Positions 61,001-64,000 of a stretch of DNA of 64,000 nucleotides are shown piece after piece. Source of the stretch: Chrysomallon squamiferum (taxonomy: Eukaryota; Animalia; Mollusca). Under the pieces are notes generated by a model, which was given only the letters and a program-made list of their open reading frames with translations, searched no databases and had not been told where the DNA came from. Both the position numbers and the translations under genes were made by a program. How positions within the stretch are numbered: the stretch's first letter is position 1; the number at the start of each line of letters is the position of its first letter. Location: assembly GCA_012295275.1 (NCBI GenBank), contig CM022665.1:25048001-25112000 (forward strand). The letters run 5' to 3'.

Positions 61001-63559
61001 TTACAGCTCGTAGTCATAGGCATATTTTACAGTAATTCTTAAATCTGTCAAGTGGAGAAGTGGAATATTTTGTTAGCCAAAATAAAAATAAAACATTTCT
61101 CTTAAACTGATAGAACAAATGTTGTGTTCAAACCAAGTAACAAAATGTGATTATTTGTTAGTAAAACAGTGACCATCTCAAAATAATTTGTGTTCAGTTA
61201 TTTTCAAAATTCAGGTGTTAAATGAGTTGCTGTTGTTTTGAGGGGAGGGGTATAGTTATGCTGTTCATTGAAATAAATCTCACATGTTGAAATGCCAGCT
61301 CCAGCTATTGTGATAATTTTCAAACATTTATCACTCAAAATATATTTCGCCACTCCATTTATGGTCACTTCCGGCAACAATTGTTCAGGAGGTGTGGCAG
61401 AAATTTGGAGGGAATGGATCATTAAATTTTCAAACCAGCTTTTTTTTTCTGAAAGTACATGCATTAAAACATTTTAATATTAATTTGTTTTAATGAATTT
61501 ATTTATCTAACATTTAACCTTTGATTTGATTTGTTTCCGTTGATCGTTTCTGTGAAAAAGGAAAAGAAAAACTGTAATATGGTTGTAGCTTCATTTATGT
61601 AAGACCCCTTTATTTTTCACCACTAATAAATACATAATACAAAGGTGGGTAAAAAAATTAAGAAAATAAAATTATTAAATTATGTTGTAAAGAAAAGATT
61701 ATACTAAGCTGAAATGAAACAATAACAATTAATTCGGATTCAGCGTTTAATGACACCATATCAGAAAAATATATTTTAAAAAATGTGTACTTATATAATT
61801 ATGTGGATTATGATACACAGAGATGGGTGTCTTTTTTAATTTTTCTATTTTGATTATTTTTAAATTCCTGACTTAAATCTTTATGGGAGAGATATTACAT
61901 AAATGGTAATGTACTTACTATTACTAATACTAATAATAATAAAAATAAATAAATAAATAAATAATAAAAATAATAGCAATAAAAAGATGCATTCAGTTAT
62001 TTCTAGCTTCAGATCACCATTCACATATAAACATGCCCGAGTTAATGAAACTCACATGTTGAGATGCCAGCTCCTGCCATTGTAATAATATTTTTGCATT
62101 TATCACTAATAATATATTTAGCCACACCCTCCAAAGTAACCTCAGGTAACAACTGTTCAGATTTGTCTGATACTGTTAATAATTTCTTCAGTTTTTCTTG
62201 TATCGAGTCTACATCTGTGGAAAAAACAAAAACAAATATCTGTAATGTAACATCATTTCACAACTTTTCATTTTTTGATGCATGGACTGTAAAACAGAAG
62301 AAAAAATAATAAATTATATATATATGTATGTATATATATTTTTTTAAATATTATGATGTAAAATATTTATTTTAATGCAATTAATTTTTCTAAACTTTTC
62401 TTCAGATAATGTTATATAATTTTTTCAATGTAGTTTTGCTTCTATTTTTTTCTTTTGATGTTATTATTACAAGTAGTATTAGTAGTAGTAATAGTATTTA
62501 TTTCTGTATTTTAACACTTCATCATAATCAAAAAAGGAAGAAATAAAAGCTTAACCTTTCAGATGCAAATAATTAGTTAATTTATTAAGCAACAGATAAC
62601 AATTTAATTACCTTTTGCATTACTACTTTTCTCCACTTCTTTTTCTCCTTCAGCTGGAAGCTGAATGAAAAAACGATATATCGGTTTTGATGCGGATAAG
62701 CAACAATTTCAATTGTGCAGAAATAACAATGTTATTCTTATTACTGACAGAGACATAATGATGTTATTCTTGTTATTTCTGACAGACATAACAATGTTAT
62801 TCTTGTTATTAATGACAGACACATAACGTAATATATGTACATGACTAAAATATTAACATTAAATTCAATATAATATTGCGATTTTTTTGTGTTTCTAGTC
62901 AGTATGTGCATACCGTAACATTCTTTTTAGTGCAGTATGGGTTTTGACGAAGAACATCTAAATGAGTTCCATAAAAAATAGACTTAGGTGGTCATGGCCT
63001 ACTTGTTTAATAGTTTTCTGACTATCAGCAGACAGCAATATTTTGTGCAGTTTGTGGTTGAAATTCATATATGGCTGTTTATGTATGGCTAAAAATTGCC
63101 TTATGAAAAACAGTACTTTTAGCTATATGGTTATGTTAACTGTTTAACCTTACTGCAAACATGTGAATAGTAAGTACTGCTTAAAGTGTTTTGTTCGGTT
63201 CGTTAAAAAAACTTCCGTAAACAAAATCTTCACTATGTGACATCATGTTTGTTGTTGTTGTTGTTGTTTTTTGTTTGTTTGTTTGTTTTGATTATTTAAC
63301 GAAGGAGCCTCAGAATACATACTGAGTCAAGATATACATATAATCCAAGGTTAGATCTGAACAGAAGGAAACAATTCGGTTTTTATTCAGTGAGATTTTA
63401 ATAATGATGCTAATAGTAGTAATAATAATAATAATAATACAATCAATATTACAATTATTATATTTATTTCAATACATTAATTAATGCATTTAAGTGGATA
63501 ATATTGCTATGATAAATCAATTCTCTTACTTTTTCGTAATCTTTTGTGCTTTCAGCCAT
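55716..63559 (-). CDS. SIRT2: NAD-dependent protein deacetylase sirtuin-2
   Basis: 14-exon path (minus): 63559-63530 ([10 protein letters not shown]), 62660-62612, 62214-62056, 59744-59638, 59424-59368, 58948-58880, 58480-58357, 57898-57833, 57647-57592, 57322-57246, 57058-57004, 56534-56467, 56146-56080, 55823-55716 = 363 aa. Motifs: [48 protein letters not shown], zinc-ribbon Cys, [22 protein letters not shown], and the SIRT2-type insert [17 protein letters not shown] followed by CDDG..LADLLGW. Confidence 0.96.
57951..58033. repeat. (TC)n microsatellite
   Basis: Direct reading. Confidence 0.98.
60721..60900. repeat. ~90-bp imperfect tandem duplication in a SIRT2 intron
   Basis: TGTTTTTGTTACTAAACATAATACAAATT... 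(60721-60810) vs TGTTTTTTGTTACCAAACATAACACAAATT... (60816-60900). Confidence 0.85.
61284..61448 (-). CDS. SIRT2: SIRT2 alternative exon 3B (paralogue of exon 3A at 62056-62214)
   Basis: tttcag acceptor, T|gtgaga donor, phase 1-1, 165 nt, open: [55 protein letters not shown]. Exon 3A reads [53 protein letters not shown]. Confidence 0.85.
61519..61549 (-). CDS. SIRT2: Putative SIRT2 alternative microexon 2B
   Basis: Strong polypyrimidine tract ttttcttttcctttttcacag, 31 nt ([10 protein letters not shown]+G), AAAG|gttaaa donor. Phase 0-1, the same as exon 2A (62612-62660, ending AAAG|gt). Confidence 0.5.
62723..62828. repeat. ~32-33-bp minisatellite, about 3 copies
   Basis: ATAACAATGTTATTCTTGTTATT..TGACAGACAC units. 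Confidence 0.85.
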
Positions 63560-64000
63560 CGTTAGTTAAATGTAATATATACTCTATAATACTGTAGCTG
63601 TCGCTGTCAATCGCTCAATGCAATCCGTGATAAAACCGAATGACTACCAAAGAAAAATAAAACAGTGCCTCAAGAATATAGAACAAGTATTACTTTATAT
63701 AAAGAAAACTAAGGCTTTGTTTCTTAGTAACTGTTAACATTACATATCATTATATAATTATTATACATAGATTTGATACTCAAGCGGAAATCGGAACACA
63801 TCATCGTTTGAAACATCTGATGTCGCAAGTACTATTCGGAAATCTTCGTGGTCCATTTCCGAAAATATCGGATAATTGCTGAATCTTTCTTAATGGTTTT
63901 CAAATGTTACGGAAATAGGCGAATTATTCCGAGTGTAAAATAAATGTATCAACATTAATGGCATATTGAAATAAAGTGAAAACAACTTTTAGATTATTGA

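Noticed and set aside
61204-61477. Second sirtuin gene or pseudogene
   Set aside because: Only the N-terminal exon(s) are duplicated, inside the intron and in the same orientation; all other sirtuin exons are single-copy.
62723-62828. CRISPR-like repeat array
   Set aside because: Head-to-tail minisatellite without unique spacers, in a eukaryotic intron.
62935-63215. Possible MITE with short inverted ends (TTTTGACGAA / TTCGTTAAAA)
   Set aside because: The match is too short and imperfect, and no target-site duplication is visible.

Overview
AT-rich, microsatellite-dense eukaryotic (animal) genomic DNA. The SINE/Tc1 repertoire and intron-rich genes suggest a lophotrochozoan such as a gastropod mollusc (inference). 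1-15 kb has no supportable coding exon, only CpG-retaining islands between simple repeats. 15-47.4 kb holds three paralogous divergent ionotropic glutamate receptor / ionotropic receptor (IR)-like genes with matching exon phases: IR-1 (-), IR-2 (-) and IR-3 (+, head-to-head with IR-2). IR-1 and IR-2 each carry a 1-nt frameshift; IR-3 is intact over the 10 exons I can call. 49.7-54.4 kb is a small Ser/Lys-rich multi-exon gene (+). 55.7-63.6 kb is a complete SIRT2 gene (-). Most notable: (1) SIRT2 has a tandemly duplicated N-terminal exon, probably a two-exon cassette, suggesting mutually exclusive splicing over the NES/Rossmann-beta1 region; (2) a 68-nt block is identical in all three otherwise diverged IRs, and displaced exon-boundary relics sit in non-homologous introns; (3) the IR-1 frameshift itself creates an in-frame cryptic splice acceptor; (4) all three IRs encode Lys at the Q/R site and Glu at the start of the SYTANLAAF-type motif. 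All gene models were assembled by eye from splice signals and paralogue alignment; no database was searched.
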